From contig JAPDFW010000147.1 of assembly GCA_028826165.1 (NCBI GenBank), positions 248,001 through 312,000 of the forward strand: DNA of 64,000 nucleotides, read 5' to 3'. The position numbers were made by a program, and so were the translations under genes. Numbering within the stretch: position 1 is the first letter of the stretch; the number at the start of each line of letters is the position of its first letter. The notes under the pieces were generated by a model. The model was not told the DNA's origin and ran no database searches. It saw only the letters and a program-made list of their open reading frames with translations. Of the stretch, positions 1 to 11,800 are shown piece after piece. This stretch comes from Anaeramoeba ignava BMAN (taxonomy: Eukaryota; Protista; Anaeramoebae).

Positions 1-1980
1 CATACTTGGAAAGTAGTTGCAGGTGTTCATGATTTACTTGGAACAATTCTACTTGTTTTTATCAAACAATCACTTAAATATGGAGTAGATACAACAGAAT
101 CTGAATTGATATCACAATTGGTAGTTACACTTGCATCACTTGATCCAAGATATATTTCAATGAAATTATGCGATCGAATATTGAGAAGAATTTCATCAGC
201 ATCTCAATTTAAATCTGAAGATAAAAGAATCGAAAATTATCCAAAATGGGATGAAATTTTGGTTTTAACAAGATTTCTTCACTATCTTTCTTTCGAAAAT
301 ATTCTAACACTGGAATACACACTTCCAAGTATTCTTCATATTTGTGTTTTGATGTCTCCAACGCATTCTTTGTTTATGCGTTCTGCATTACTTTCTTTGG
401 TTATCAATTCAATTCATTCTTTGGTAACTAAAATGCCTCCTCCAGATGAGAAAAATCAGACAAATCTCCAAGCTTTATTAGCAGAAGTTACCGAAACAAG
501 ATTTCGTGTTTTGTTTATGGGAAGTGGAAGTATTATCAAATCAGATAATTTATTGAAAAATATATCAACAAGAATTCTAAGAGGATCATTTATGAATTTA
601 AAAACAAAAACAATTCCCAAAGTAGTAGAAAAAATATCACTTGAGAAATCAAATAGTCAAGATTCAATAACCCCAGATTCACCAACTAATCAACCATCAA
701 TGAAAGATATAAATATAATGAAATCAATAGAAAAAAGCAAATCACCCAGATTTAGACTTGAAAGAATTCCAGTGAAAAGTACAGAATCAGTATCAAGATT
801 ATTTTTGGAAATTATCAAATGCTATCAGCAAACAGATCTTGGGAAACGATGGCAAAAACAATGGTTAGATCTGACAAGAAAATCTGCATTTACACCCTCA
901 ATTATACAATCACGATCAATGGCAACATTTGGATTACTTTCTGAAAGACCAATTCCACCAAAATTAGTTGGACAAATATTCATATTTATGAAACCACTTA
1001 TTATTAAGGAAAAAATGGTTGAATCAGAAGTTGATTTGTGTATTTCGCTTATTTTGTGTTTGACTCATTTGTATCCTTTATTGGATAAGGATTCTCCACT
1101 TAAAATTAGTTTGTTTTGGGTTGCAATTTCATTGATTCAACTTAGAGATTCAAATTTCTTTCAAGCAGGAATTGAAATGATTGATGTTATTTTAAGAGAT
1201 CTTGAAAAATTAGGAAAATTCGAATCAAATAGTATTGAAAATGTTTTCATGTCTTTCAGAAAACAAAACAAAGATGCAGATCGATTACTATCTAAAATGG
1301 AGAAAATAATTGGAATCAATTTCCAAATTGGATTTTCTTTTGCTTTATCAAGTATTTTATTGCCTGCAAGAAAAATGCCTTTTGTGAAAAGTTCTGTGAT
1401 TTCTTTATTTCGAACCATTGTTGATATTTCTTGCAAAACTGAATCAACAGGATTCCGTTCATCTTATATAACAGCACTAGCTTCATCATTACCAACTAAA
1501 GAAATTGCAGAATTTAAGTCTCATTTGGGGAATTATTTTGATTGGGAAGGAGAAATTGACCAACTTTTATTCAACCAAATTATTCAACACGATCCAATAT
1601 CATCAACTCTTCTTGTTTATTTAATTGCTTCAATTCTTGCTGAATCAGATTATGATTCAGACCAGTTGTTTTTGTTGGAAATTTTATCTCCTGCAGTTGA
1701 ATTGTTTCCTGATTCATTTTCTGCTTTTTATGATTTATTAACTTCCAAATTATTCCATATTATCAGTTATACTCAATCAAAATCTGTTCAAAATTTAGCT
1801 TTAAAATTAACTCATTATTTGATTTCTCGTGATTTGAAAAAGAAAAAAAATATTAATAATTCTGTTTTGCTTTATTTTTCTGGTTTGCATGGTTGTGTTT
1901 CTTTTGCAGAATTGGATTCAAACAAAAAACAATTATTAATTCGATTAGTTTGTCATTTGATGGATAAATCATTATTATAA
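1..1980 (+). CDS. NF1: Neurofibromin-like RasGAP, C-terminal HEAT-like region (5'-partial; gene begins upstream of the window)
   Basis: Frame is open from base 1 (HTWKVVAGVHDLLGTILLVFIKQS...). WDEILVLTRFLHYLSFEN, LVINSIHSL, LFWVAISLIQL and GINFQIGFSFAL match the neurofibromin C-terminal motifs as recalled (WDDIAILARYMLMLSFNN, LFWVAVAVLQL). Confidence 0.85.
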   Translation, partial: HTWKVVAGVHDLLGTILLVFIKQSLKYGVDTTESELISQLVVTLASLDPRYISMKLCDRILRRISSASQFKSEDKRIENYPKWDEILVLTRFLHYLSFENILTLEYTLPSILHICVLMSPTHSLFMRSALLSLVINSIHSLVTKMPPPDEKNQTNLQALLAEVTETRFRVLFMGSGSIIKSDNLLKNISTRILRGSFMNLKTKTIPKVVEKISLEKSNSQDSITPDSPTNQPSMKDINIMKSIEKSKSPRFRLERIPVKSTESVSRLFLEIIKCYQQTDLGKRWQKQWLDLTRKSAFTPSIIQSRSMATFGLLSERPIPPKLVGQIFIFMKPLIIKEKMVESEVDLCISLILCLTHLYPLLDKDSPLKISLFWVAISLIQLRDSNFFQAGIEMIDVILRDLEKLGKFESNSIENVFMSFRKQNKDADRLLSKMEKIIGINFQIGFSFALSSILLPARKMPFVKSSVISLFRTIVDISCKTESTGFRSSYITALASSLPTKEIAEFKSHLGNYFDWEGEIDQLLFNQIIQHDPISSTLLVYLIASILAESDYDSDQLFLLEILSPAVELFPDSFSAFYDLLTSKLFHIISYTQSKSVQNLALKLTHYLISRDLKKKKNINNSVLLYFSGLHGCVSFAELDSNKKQLLIRLVCHLMDKSLL

Positions 1981-2043
1981 AATCAAAATAATATTTTTTT
2001 TTTTAAAGAAATAAAAAAGTGGAATAAAAAAAAATTTCTTTTT

Positions 2044-3184
2044 TTAAAAACATTTTCTTTCAATAATTTTAGGTCCAATTTCATCATATTCTTCTTTTAA
2101 AACACATGAATCTATGAAATTAGGAAGAGAAGCTAACATTGAACCACCAATCCAAACAGAATATTTTCTTTCAGAAAGAGCAATAACTTTAATTTTGTTT
2201 TCTTTATTTTCTGATAATTGAATAATTTCTTTTTTGAGTCTTTGTTTAATTCCAGGAAACATAGAAGAACCACCAGATAAAACAATATTAGAAAACAAAT
2301 CATTTCTAATTTCTTCATCACATTTCATAATTGAATCAAAAGTTTTTTGATGAATTCCTGATTCTTGCATTCCAATAAAAGAAGGTTGAAACAAAACTTC
2401 AGGAGTTCTAAATCTTTCGTTTCCAAACGTAATAACTTGATTATCAGGTAATTCATAATCTTTTTCAATTAGTGTTTGTTCTTCATTCATTTCTTTATCA
2501 AAATCCAAAGCAACATAACAATGTTTTTCCTTAATATCTCTAACAATTTGTCTTTCAGCACTTGTTGTAAATGGATATCCTCTTTCATTTAAAATTTTCA
2601 TTAAATACTCATTTAAAATCTCTTCCTGCTAAATTTAATTTACTTGATGAATTTGGTAAAACAAATCTTTCATAAATGGGGACAATTTGAATAACACCAT
2701 CTCCAATTTCAATAACAATTCCAATTGATCTTCCAGTTGAAATTAATGATAAAACTGCTTGTTTTTCAAGATTAAAACCAGGAACAGAAAATGTTTCAAA
2801 CATGATTTCAGTTATTTTCTCTCTGTTTGATTTTGGATTCAAAAAGTTCTCAGTTACTAAAACAGGATGTTCTTCAGGAGCAACTCTTAATTCATTATAA
2901 AAACCATGATGCCATATTTTTTCCATATCATCCCAATTTATGACTATTCCATGTTCTATTGGAAATTTAATTCTTAATATTCCTCTTTTGGAAAATGCTT
3001 CATCTCCAACATATGAATCTTTTTGTCCCATTCCAACCATTCCAGAAAATCTTGGTCTTCCAATTATTGATGGGAAAATTGATCTTGGTGAATTTTCTCC
3101 TGAAAATCCTATTTTTGTTGATCCTGAACCATTATCTATTACTATTGTTGTTAATTCTTCAACTGAAAAATCTTCAAATTCCAT
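2044..3184 (-). CDS. Divergent actin, split by a +1 frameshift near 2615 (extra T in GAT TTT AAA TGA; corrected reading GAT TTA AAT GAG TAT = DLNEY)
   Basis: [61 protein letters not shown] and C-terminal RKCF. ATG at 3184; ORFs 2609-3190 and 2044-2601 join once one base is removed. Confidence 0.9.
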
Positions 3185-3247
3185 TTTCAATTCAAAAATA
3201 AAAAATGAAAATGAAAAAAATGAAATTTTGATTTATTAATTAATTTT

Positions 3248-4998
3248 TTAAATAAAATAAGATTCAACTTCATCAACAATCCATTTATCATAAGAACCAG
3301 CTAAATAACTTCTAGCTTCATTTGATTGATAAGTAATTCCATTAGGTAGATTATAACTTCTACCAAAATCTGAATAACCAGGTTGTAAATTAGAACTTAA
3401 ACGAAAATCAGGTCCACCACCAAAAACTGCACCATTACTTAAATAATAATAAATTGCGTAACCATCATTTTTATATGTGAACTTTTCTGGTTTTCTATTA
3501 TTTTTATCATTTCTTAATGAAAAAATAAATGCACTTGAATCATTAATGTATCCTGTATTTCCATTAAATCCAACTTGAGTAAAACCTCCAAAAATAAAAT
3601 TATCTTTTGTTTTGATAATAATTAATGTTTTTCCTTTCCCATCAACTTTTTTATGCCAATTTTGAGAATTAAATCCATCTCTTTTTGCTGAAAATCCTTT
3701 TTTCATTTTAGAAAAAAAATCATTATCATTTATCCATTCTTGTAATTTCTTAACATATTCAATATCTTTAATAATTTCTGAATCTGAAAATATCTGTTTG
3801 ATTATCTCCATTTGATATTGTTCTCCATATTCATCAAAAACAGGTTTCATTTTCTCAACTTCTTTCTTCCATTTCTCTTCAATTTCTTTGTTTTTATCTT
3901 CAACTTCTTTCTTCCATTTCTCTTCAATTTCTTTGTTTTTGTTTTCAATTTCTTTTTGATTCTTTTCAACTTCTTTCTTCCATTTCTCTTCAATTTCTTT
4001 CTCTTTGTTTTCAACTTCTTTCTTCCATTTATCTTCAATTTCTTTGTTTTTGTTTTCAATTTCTTTTTGATTCTTTTCAACTTCTTTCTTCCATTTATCT
4101 TCAATTTCTTTCTCTTTGTTTTCAATTTCTTTTTGATTATCTTGAATAACTTTGTTTTGAATATCAACTAAAAAAGATTTGGGAAAAAAATCAAATTGTT
4201 TTAATTTATCAAAATCTTGTTTTGAAATTGAATCTTTATCAAATAATGAAAAAAAAGAATGAAATAATCTTTTCTTTTCAATTCCCTTTTCTTTTTCTTT
4301 TTCTTTTTCTTTCTTTCCTTTTAATCTCTTATTTCTTTTTTCAATCCAATTATTTAAAAATTGAAAAAAATCAAATTGAAAAATTTCTTTTTTTTCTTGT
4401 TTAAATTGAATAAATTTGATAATTTCTTCTTTAGTTAAACTGAATAAATTCTCATTATTTTGAATTTGGGAAAAATTTTGATTTATTAATTCAAAACATT
4501 TTTATTTCAATTTCATTTGAATTTAAATTTCGATTTTGGAATAAAAATTGGAAAAATTTGAATAATTAATTGAATTTGAAATTTTTGAATAATTTCTTTC
4601 AATAAATTTAATTTAAAATAAATTGAAATTTCTAATAATTGGATAAGATTTTCTTGATTCTCAAAAAGAAATATTTCCATAATAAATATAACTCAAAATT
4701 GATTCCATTTCTTTTTTATTAAATTGATTTAAAGAAATGAGAAAGAGATTCTTGCCTTAATGATTCATTAAAAAGGAGATCTTGAAGATAAAATTGATTT
4801 ATGAACTTTAATTTCAAAAGGATTTGATTTATTCTCAACAAAAATTGAAAAATCTTTAAATGAATTTCCATTTAAAAGGTTTGAATAATCTTTAATTAAA
4901 TTTTTTGTTACTTTTTTTTCTAAATTTTTCTTTTCATTTTCATTTTCATTTTGAATTGCATTTTCAATTTGGTTGTTATTATTATTATTATTATCCAT
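3248..4998 (-). CDS. BTB/POZ - coiled coil - TLDc protein, copy 1 (several frameshifts at about 4500-4770; pseudogene or assembly error)
   Basis: N-terminal BTB motif DFSIFV...IKVHKSILSSRSPF; C-terminal TLDc motif RDGFNSQNWHKKVDGKGKTLIIIKT...FIFGGFT...AFIFSL...VDEVESYFI. Colinear with 30166-31829. No introns. Confidence 0.85.
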
Positions 4999-5404
4999 TT
5001 TGTGTTTTTGTTTTTTGTGTTTTTGTTTTTGTTTTTTGTTTTTAAAAAAAAGGAAAAAAATGAAAAAAAAAAATGAAAAAAAAAAAAAAAATAAAAAAAA
5101 GTGGATTTTGAAAATGAATAAAAATATAAAAAATAAGAATAAATTTAAATTAATAATTAATTTAATTTTCTTTTTAATTTATTATTTTAAATTAATTTAT
5201 TAATAAATTATTATTATTTTTTATTAATTTTTTTTATTAAAAAAAAAGGAAAATTATTTTAATTTAATTTTTATTTAATTTTTTTTTTTGGAATTTAAAA
5301 ATTATTAATAAATTTAAATTTTAAAACAAATTTCTAAATTAATATTAATTCAATTTAATTCAAAAAGATAAAATTTTAATTTCAAAAATCAATTTTCAAA
5401 ATAT

Positions 5405-6975
5405 TTTTAAATAATAAAATATTTAAATCTAAAACATTAAATTAATATTTTAATAATAAAATTAAATATTAAATTATATTTTTAAATTAATTTATAAATT
5501 AAATATTAAATTAAATCTATTTTCATTTTTTTATATTTATATGTTAAATATTTTTAAAATAATAAAATATTTAAATCTAAAAAACATTAAATTAATATTT
5601 TAATAATAAAATTAAATATTAAATTATATTTTTAAATTAATTTATTAATTAAATATTAAATTAAATCTATTCTTATTTTTATATTTATATGTTAAATATT
5701 TAAATAATAAAATATTTAAATCTAAAACATTAAATTATTGTTTTTAAACATAAAATTAAATATTAAATTATATTTTTAAATTGATTTATAAATTAAATAT
5801 TAAATTAAATCTATTCTTATTTTTTATATTTATATGTTAAATATTTAAATAATAAAATATTTAAATCTAAAACAATAAATTATTATTTTAATAATAAAAT
5901 TAAATATTAAATTATATTTTTAAATTAATTTATAAATTAAATATTAAATTAAATTTATTCTTATTTTTATATTTATATGTTAAATATTTTTAAATAATAA
6001 AATATTTAAATCTAAAACATTAAATTATTATTTTAATAATAAAATTAAATAATAAATTATATTTTTAAATTAATTTATAAATTAAATATTAAATTAAATT
6101 TATTCTCAGTATTTTTTATATTTATGTGTTAAATATTTAAATAATAAAATATTTAAATCTAAAACATTAAATTATTATTTTAATAATAAAATTAAACATT
6201 AAATTATATTTTTAAATTAATTTATAAATTAAATATTAAATTAAATCTATTTTCATTTTTATATTTATATGTTAAATATTTTTAAATAATAAAATATTTA
6301 AATCTAAAACATTAAATTAATATTTTAATAATAAAATTAAATATTAAATTATATTTTTAAATTAATTTATTAATTAAATATTAAATTAAATCTATTCTTA
6401 TTTTTATATTTATATGTTAAATATTTAAATAATAAAAATATTTAAATCTAAAACATTAAATTATTGTTTTTAAACATAAAATTAAATATTAAATTATATT
6501 TTTAAATTGATTTATAAATTAAATATTAAATTAAATCTATTCTTATTTTTATATTTATATGTTAAATATTTAAATAATAAAATATTTAAATTTAAAACAA
6601 TAAATTATTATTTTAATAATAAAATTAAATATTAAATTATATTTTTAAATTAATTTATAAATTAAATATTAAATTAAATCTATTTTCATTTTTATATTTA
6701 TATGTTAAATATTTAAATAATAAAATATTTAAATCTAAAAACATTAAATTATTATTTTAATAATAAAATTAAATAATAAATTATATTTTTAAATTAATTT
6801 ATAAATTAAATATTAAATCAATTCTTATTTTTTATATTTATATGTTAAATATTTAAATAATAAAATATTTAAATTTAAAACATTAAATTATTATTTTAAT
6901 AATAAAATTAAATATTAAATTATATTTTTAAATTAATTTATAAATTAAATATTAAATCAAATCTATTCCTATTTT
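5405..6975. repeat. AT-rich tandem satellite, unit about 145 bp, about 11 copies
   Basis: Anchor t(c/t)taaaaca(t/a) recurs at about 5428, 5576, 5721, 5866, 6011, 6158, 6303, 6447, 6591, 6733 and 6874. Confidence 0.95.
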
Positions 6976-8745
6976 TTATTGATTTTGATTATTAAATTTT
7001 TTAATTAATAAATCAAATAAATTTGGATTTGTTTGATTTAATTGAAAATAATCAATTCCAATTTGAATTTCATTAATTATTTCTTGTGTAATTTCAATTT
7101 CATTTTTAATTTGATTTGAATAAATCCAATATTCAAATATTTGAAATGATTTATTACTTAATTCACTATAATCTGTAACTTTATTTGATTTATCTTCTGT
7201 TACAGATAAAAACATTCCTCGATATAATTCACTTCTCATTATTAATATTAATTTAGGAAATTTATATTGTTTTTCTTTTCTTTCAATAATAAAATCTTTT
7301 TCATTTTCATTTTCATTTAAATAAATTCTTTTCATTGTTTCTTCAATTTTTTCATTTGAATTTATAATTTCTTTAATTTCACAATATAATATTGGATTTA
7401 TTTTGGATCTGTTTGAATAAATCATTTCAAATATTTGATTTGATTCTTTAATTGATTTTTTTGAAATAATTTCTTGAAGTTTTTCAATTTGATTTTCATT
7501 TTGATTTAATCTATATTTCAATATTAATTTATGAGCTTCAATTATTTCTCCATTTTTTGTTTTAAATGAAATATCACAAAATTCTTTTCTTCTAAATAGT
7601 TTTATCAAATCTTCTTCAAGATTGGAAAGAAAAGGAGAATAATAAAGAAATGATTTGTTAAATCCACAAGAAATATGATAATTAGAAATATTTTCATTAA
7701 ATCTTAATTTAGGAAGTTCAATTTGAATTGGAATTTTTTGATGATTTGTATCTCCAGTTCCTAATTGGCCATATTCATTCCACCCAAATCCAATCAATTT
7801 TGAATTTGAAGTTAAAATCAAAGTATGAATATATCCAACAGAAAAATCAATAATATTATCATCATCATTTTCAAATAAAGATGATTTGATTTCAGTAAAT
7901 TCATAAGTATCTTTGCCAAACCCATTTAATTTATATCCTCCACATGAATAAAGTTTTCTTTTTGGATTTTCATTTTCATTTTCAATTAACATTATTGAAT
8001 GCCAACGCCCACATTGAATATCAATTATTTTGCCTTTTGGAATATTTTGGATTTTGGTTAGTTTTTGGATTTTTGTTTCTGCTCTTGATTCTCCTAATCC
8101 AAGTTGACCATATTCATTATATCCGCATCCAAATAATTCTTGATTTGAATTTAAAAGAAAAACATGAGTTGAATTATTTCCTGAAAATATTTTAGAAACA
8201 TTTTTCATCATTAAAATTGGTTTTTCTGCTTTTTCAAGTGTTTCATAATCAAAACCAAGTTGACCATAATAATTTGAACCAATTCCATAAACATTTTGAT
8301 TTGAAGTTAATAAGTAAATTGCATTAGCTCCAGAAACAATATCTTGAATTATTCTATCATTTGTATCTTCAATTAATGATGAAATATTGATAAATCTATT
8401 CGGTTTTTTTGGATTAATATATTCTCCTTTGGCAAATACATTTCCTTCTTTTGTTAAAATAGCTTCATTTTGTTCATCAACAGTTACTTTTTGAATATTT
8501 TCTTTAATTTGGATTTTTTCAGGATTTTGTTTTGAATAATTTCCCTTTAAGTATTCTATTGCTTTTCCATTTTTAAAAAGGAAAATTGTTGAAAAAAAAC
8601 TTGATGAAATTTGTTTAATTTGTTTTTCATTTTCATTTTCATTTTCAATTTTAAATTTAAATTGAATTGGTTTTATTATTTTTTCTGGTTCATTTTTGAA
8701 AAGGATTGGATTTATATTTAAACCAAAAAATATACAATCATTCAT
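6976..8745 (-). CDS. RCC1-repeat + tandem BTB protein (paralog A)
   Basis: GxNxxGQLG and xGxxH RCC1 motifs, then BTB motifs CDISF...EAHKLIL and KDFII...ILIMRSELYRGMF...FEYWIYSN. Intact, intronless 589 aa ORF. Confidence 0.9.
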   Translation of the reverse strand: MNDCIFFGLNINPILFKNEPEKIIKPIQFKFKIENENENEKQIKQISSSFFSTIFLFKNGKAIEYLKGNYSKQNPEKIQIKENIQKVTVDEQNEAILTKEGNVFAKGEYINPKKPNRFINISSLIEDTNDRIIQDIVSGANAIYLLTSNQNVYGIGSNYYGQLGFDYETLEKAEKPILMMKNVSKIFSGNNSTHVFLLNSNQELFGCGYNEYGQLGLGESRAETKIQKLTKIQNIPKGKIIDIQCGRWHSIMLIENENENPKRKLYSCGGYKLNGFGKDTYEFTEIKSSLFENDDDNIIDFSVGYIHTLILTSNSKLIGFGWNEYGQLGTGDTNHQKIPIQIELPKLRFNENISNYHISCGFNKSFLYYSPFLSNLEEDLIKLFRRKEFCDISFKTKNGEIIEAHKLILKYRLNQNENQIEKLQEIISKKSIKESNQIFEMIYSNRSKINPILYCEIKEIINSNEKIEETMKRIYLNENENEKDFIIERKEKQYKFPKLILIMRSELYRGMFLSVTEDKSNKVTDYSELSNKSFQIFEYWIYSNQIKNEIEITQEIINEIQIGIDYFQLNQTNPNLFDLLIKKFNNQNQ

Positions 8746-8865
8746 TTTTAAAAAGAAAAAAAATGAAAAAAAAATGAAAAAAAATCATTTTTTTATTTGC
8801 CATTTTAATTCCAATTTTAATTTTAATTTTTTACTTTTTTTTTTTTCAATTTTTTATTTTTGAAA

Positions 8866-11800
8866 ATGTTAAAATTTCGAAAACCTCCACCACCAAATGT
8901 ATCAAGAAGACTAAATCACTCTCATTCATACAGAAGCGAATCAATGCGGATCATTCCAACAAATTATCTTTCTTCAGAACAAAAAGAGATCAAAACAAAA
9001 GAACATCCAAAGATTTCTCTTTCAAAAAGAAATAAAAACAGACCAATAAGAACACAATCTGAGGCATTTGGAAACAATTCAAATTTAAATGCAAATTTAA
9101 ATACAAATTTAAATACAAATACAAATATAAATTCAAATATAAATACAAATTTAAATACAAATTTAAATACAAATTTAAATACAAATTTAAATACAAATTT
9201 AAATACAAATATAAATACAAATTTAAATACAAATTTAAATACAAATTCAAATACAAATTCAAATACAAATTTAAATACAAATTTAAATACAAATACAAAT
9301 TTAAATACAAATACAAATTTAAATACAAATTTAAATACAAATATAAATTCAAATTTAAATACAAATACAAATTTAAATACAAATTCAAATTTAAATACAA
9401 ATACAAATATAAATTCAAATATAAATACAAATCTAAATACAAATACAAATTTAAATTTAAATACAAATACAAATATAAATTCAAATTTAAATACAAATTT
9501 AAATACAAATACAAATTTAAATCAAGAAATTTTTCAAAAATCAATTGATAATTTTCAATCAAATCTTATTTCAAAATCTCATTTTAACCCTTCTTTCCAA
9601 CAAAATGATGATCCAAAACCAATTCCTAAACTTTCTCGTCATAATTATTTAAGAAAATATTCTCTTAATGAACAAAAATTGAAAAATAATCAAATACACA
9701 ATTTCCATCAAAAAATTTTAATAAGAAAAAAAAACACCAATTCAATATCAGAAAAAAAACCAATTTCAAATGAAACTGAATCAATCTCAAAATCCTCTTT
9801 GAGATTATCACCAAAAAACAAAGAAAAGAACATTCATAAAATCAAATCAACTCACAAATCCAAATCACATTCACATTCTCAAACTGATAAAGTTCAAAAA
9901 ACTCACAAAACAAATCAAGTTGAACCAATTTCTGATCCAAAAAAATTAACCAGATTTCATTCTTCTCAAAATTCTATTCTTCATAAGGATAAAAATGAAG
10001 TTAATTATCCCAAACCAAGAAAGAATATCAAGAATTCCTCGAAAACAAAAAATAATGAAAAAAATCGAAAACATGAAAAAATCAAAAAAAATGGAAAACA
10101 TGAAAGCAAAACCAAAAGTAAATCTTCAAAATCAAATTCAATTAATAAGCAAAGTAAATCTCATCATTTATCAATTGAAAAGAAAGATTTGAATCAATTT
10201 AATCAAGAAGATAATATTGAACATTTAACTCCTAAAAATAATAAAACACTTCGTCATCATAGCAATTATCCTTCGAGAAAAACTGATCAAAATATAAATG
10301 AAAATATCAATGAAAATATCAATCAAAATATAAATGAAAATATAAATGAAAATATAAATGAAAATATAAATCAAAATATAAATCAAAATATAAACCAAAC
10401 TATAAACCAAAATATAAACCAAACTATAAACCAAAATATAAATCAAAATATAAATCAAACTATAAATCAAACTATAAATCAAAATATAAATCAAACTATA
10501 AATCAAAATATAAATCAAACTATAAATCAAAATATAAATCAAAATATAAATCAAAGCATAAATCAAAATTCAAATGAAAATTCAAATAATTATGAAAAAA
10601 TAATTCATCATGCAAAACCTCAAAGAAGTATTAGTTTTTACAAAGTTACAAAAAATAAACCACCACCTCGTCCTCAACTTCATTTACCAAAAGAAGAATA
10701 TCACAGTCCACGTAAAAAAAAATCCACTTCAACTTCACAAAATAAAAAACACAAAAATCAAGTCAAATACATGACATATAATCCAACTCACTCTTTGAAT
10801 GAAATCAGAAAACGAAACAGAAAACTTCATCAAAAAAATAATGAAAATCAAAATGAATTAGAAAAGGAAAGCAAATCCAAAATTGAAACAAGAAAATCTA
10901 GCAATAAACAATCACCACTTTCTATTGAATCTACAAATCATATCAAACAAAAAAAACCAAAACAAAATTCAGTTATAAATTATTCAAGAGATGTTTCTAA
11001 ACCAAATGATCCACCAACACTTTCAGAATATAAACAAATCCAAGTATTCAAAACAAAAAGAATAATAATTTTATTTCAATGATTTTTTAATCAAAAGAAA
11101 ATATTTTTTATTTTCTATTCTTTTCATTTCTTTTTTAGTTAATTGTTTCATATCCTCCTATCAAAGATTTAACTCAACAAGAAAGAGATTTAATTTTTCA
11201 TTATCGAAAAGCAATTAGACTCCAAGGTAATGCACTTCCTAAAATTATTTTATCAACAAATTTGGATAATCAAGCTGAAAGAAAAGAATTAGAAACAATT
11301 TTGAAAGAATTTCAAGAAATTGATATTGTTGTAATTCTTGAATTATTATCCAAAAAATTTAAAGATTCAAATATTCGAGAATTTGCAGTTCATAAACTTG
11401 ATAATCAAAAGGATGAAGTAAATTTGAAATTAAAATTTAAATCAATTAAAAATCAAAATCAAAAATTAATTTCAAATTCTTTTTTTAGGAATTGGTTTTC
11501 TATTTATTACAACTTGTTCAAGGAATTCGTTATGAACAATCTTTTAACTCACCTCTTGCTCAATTTCTTATAAGCAGAGCTAAAAATAATAAAATATTTG
11601 CGATTTATTTTTATTGGTTTATTTGGGTTGAAAGAAATGATAAAGATTTTAGAATTTTTGCAAATGTTCAACAAGAATTTGTTCGTCAATGTTTACAAAC
11701 AGAATTAGGAAACGATATATTATCTATTATTCAACGACAAGAAGAACTTGTACAAAATCTTATAATGATGATTGAAAAAGTTTCAACGATGAAAAAATCA

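Noticed and set aside
2601-2620. Programmed +1 ribosomal frameshifting (Euplotes-like) as a general mechanism
   Set aside because: Shifts occur in both directions and in homopolymers, and intact paralogs exist, so sequencing error is more parsimonious. Kept only as a low-interest check.
5405-6975. CRISPR-like array (also considered for 32250-33690 and 49790-51480)
   Set aside because: Units repeat in full with no unique spacers, there are no cas genes, and the context is eukaryotic.
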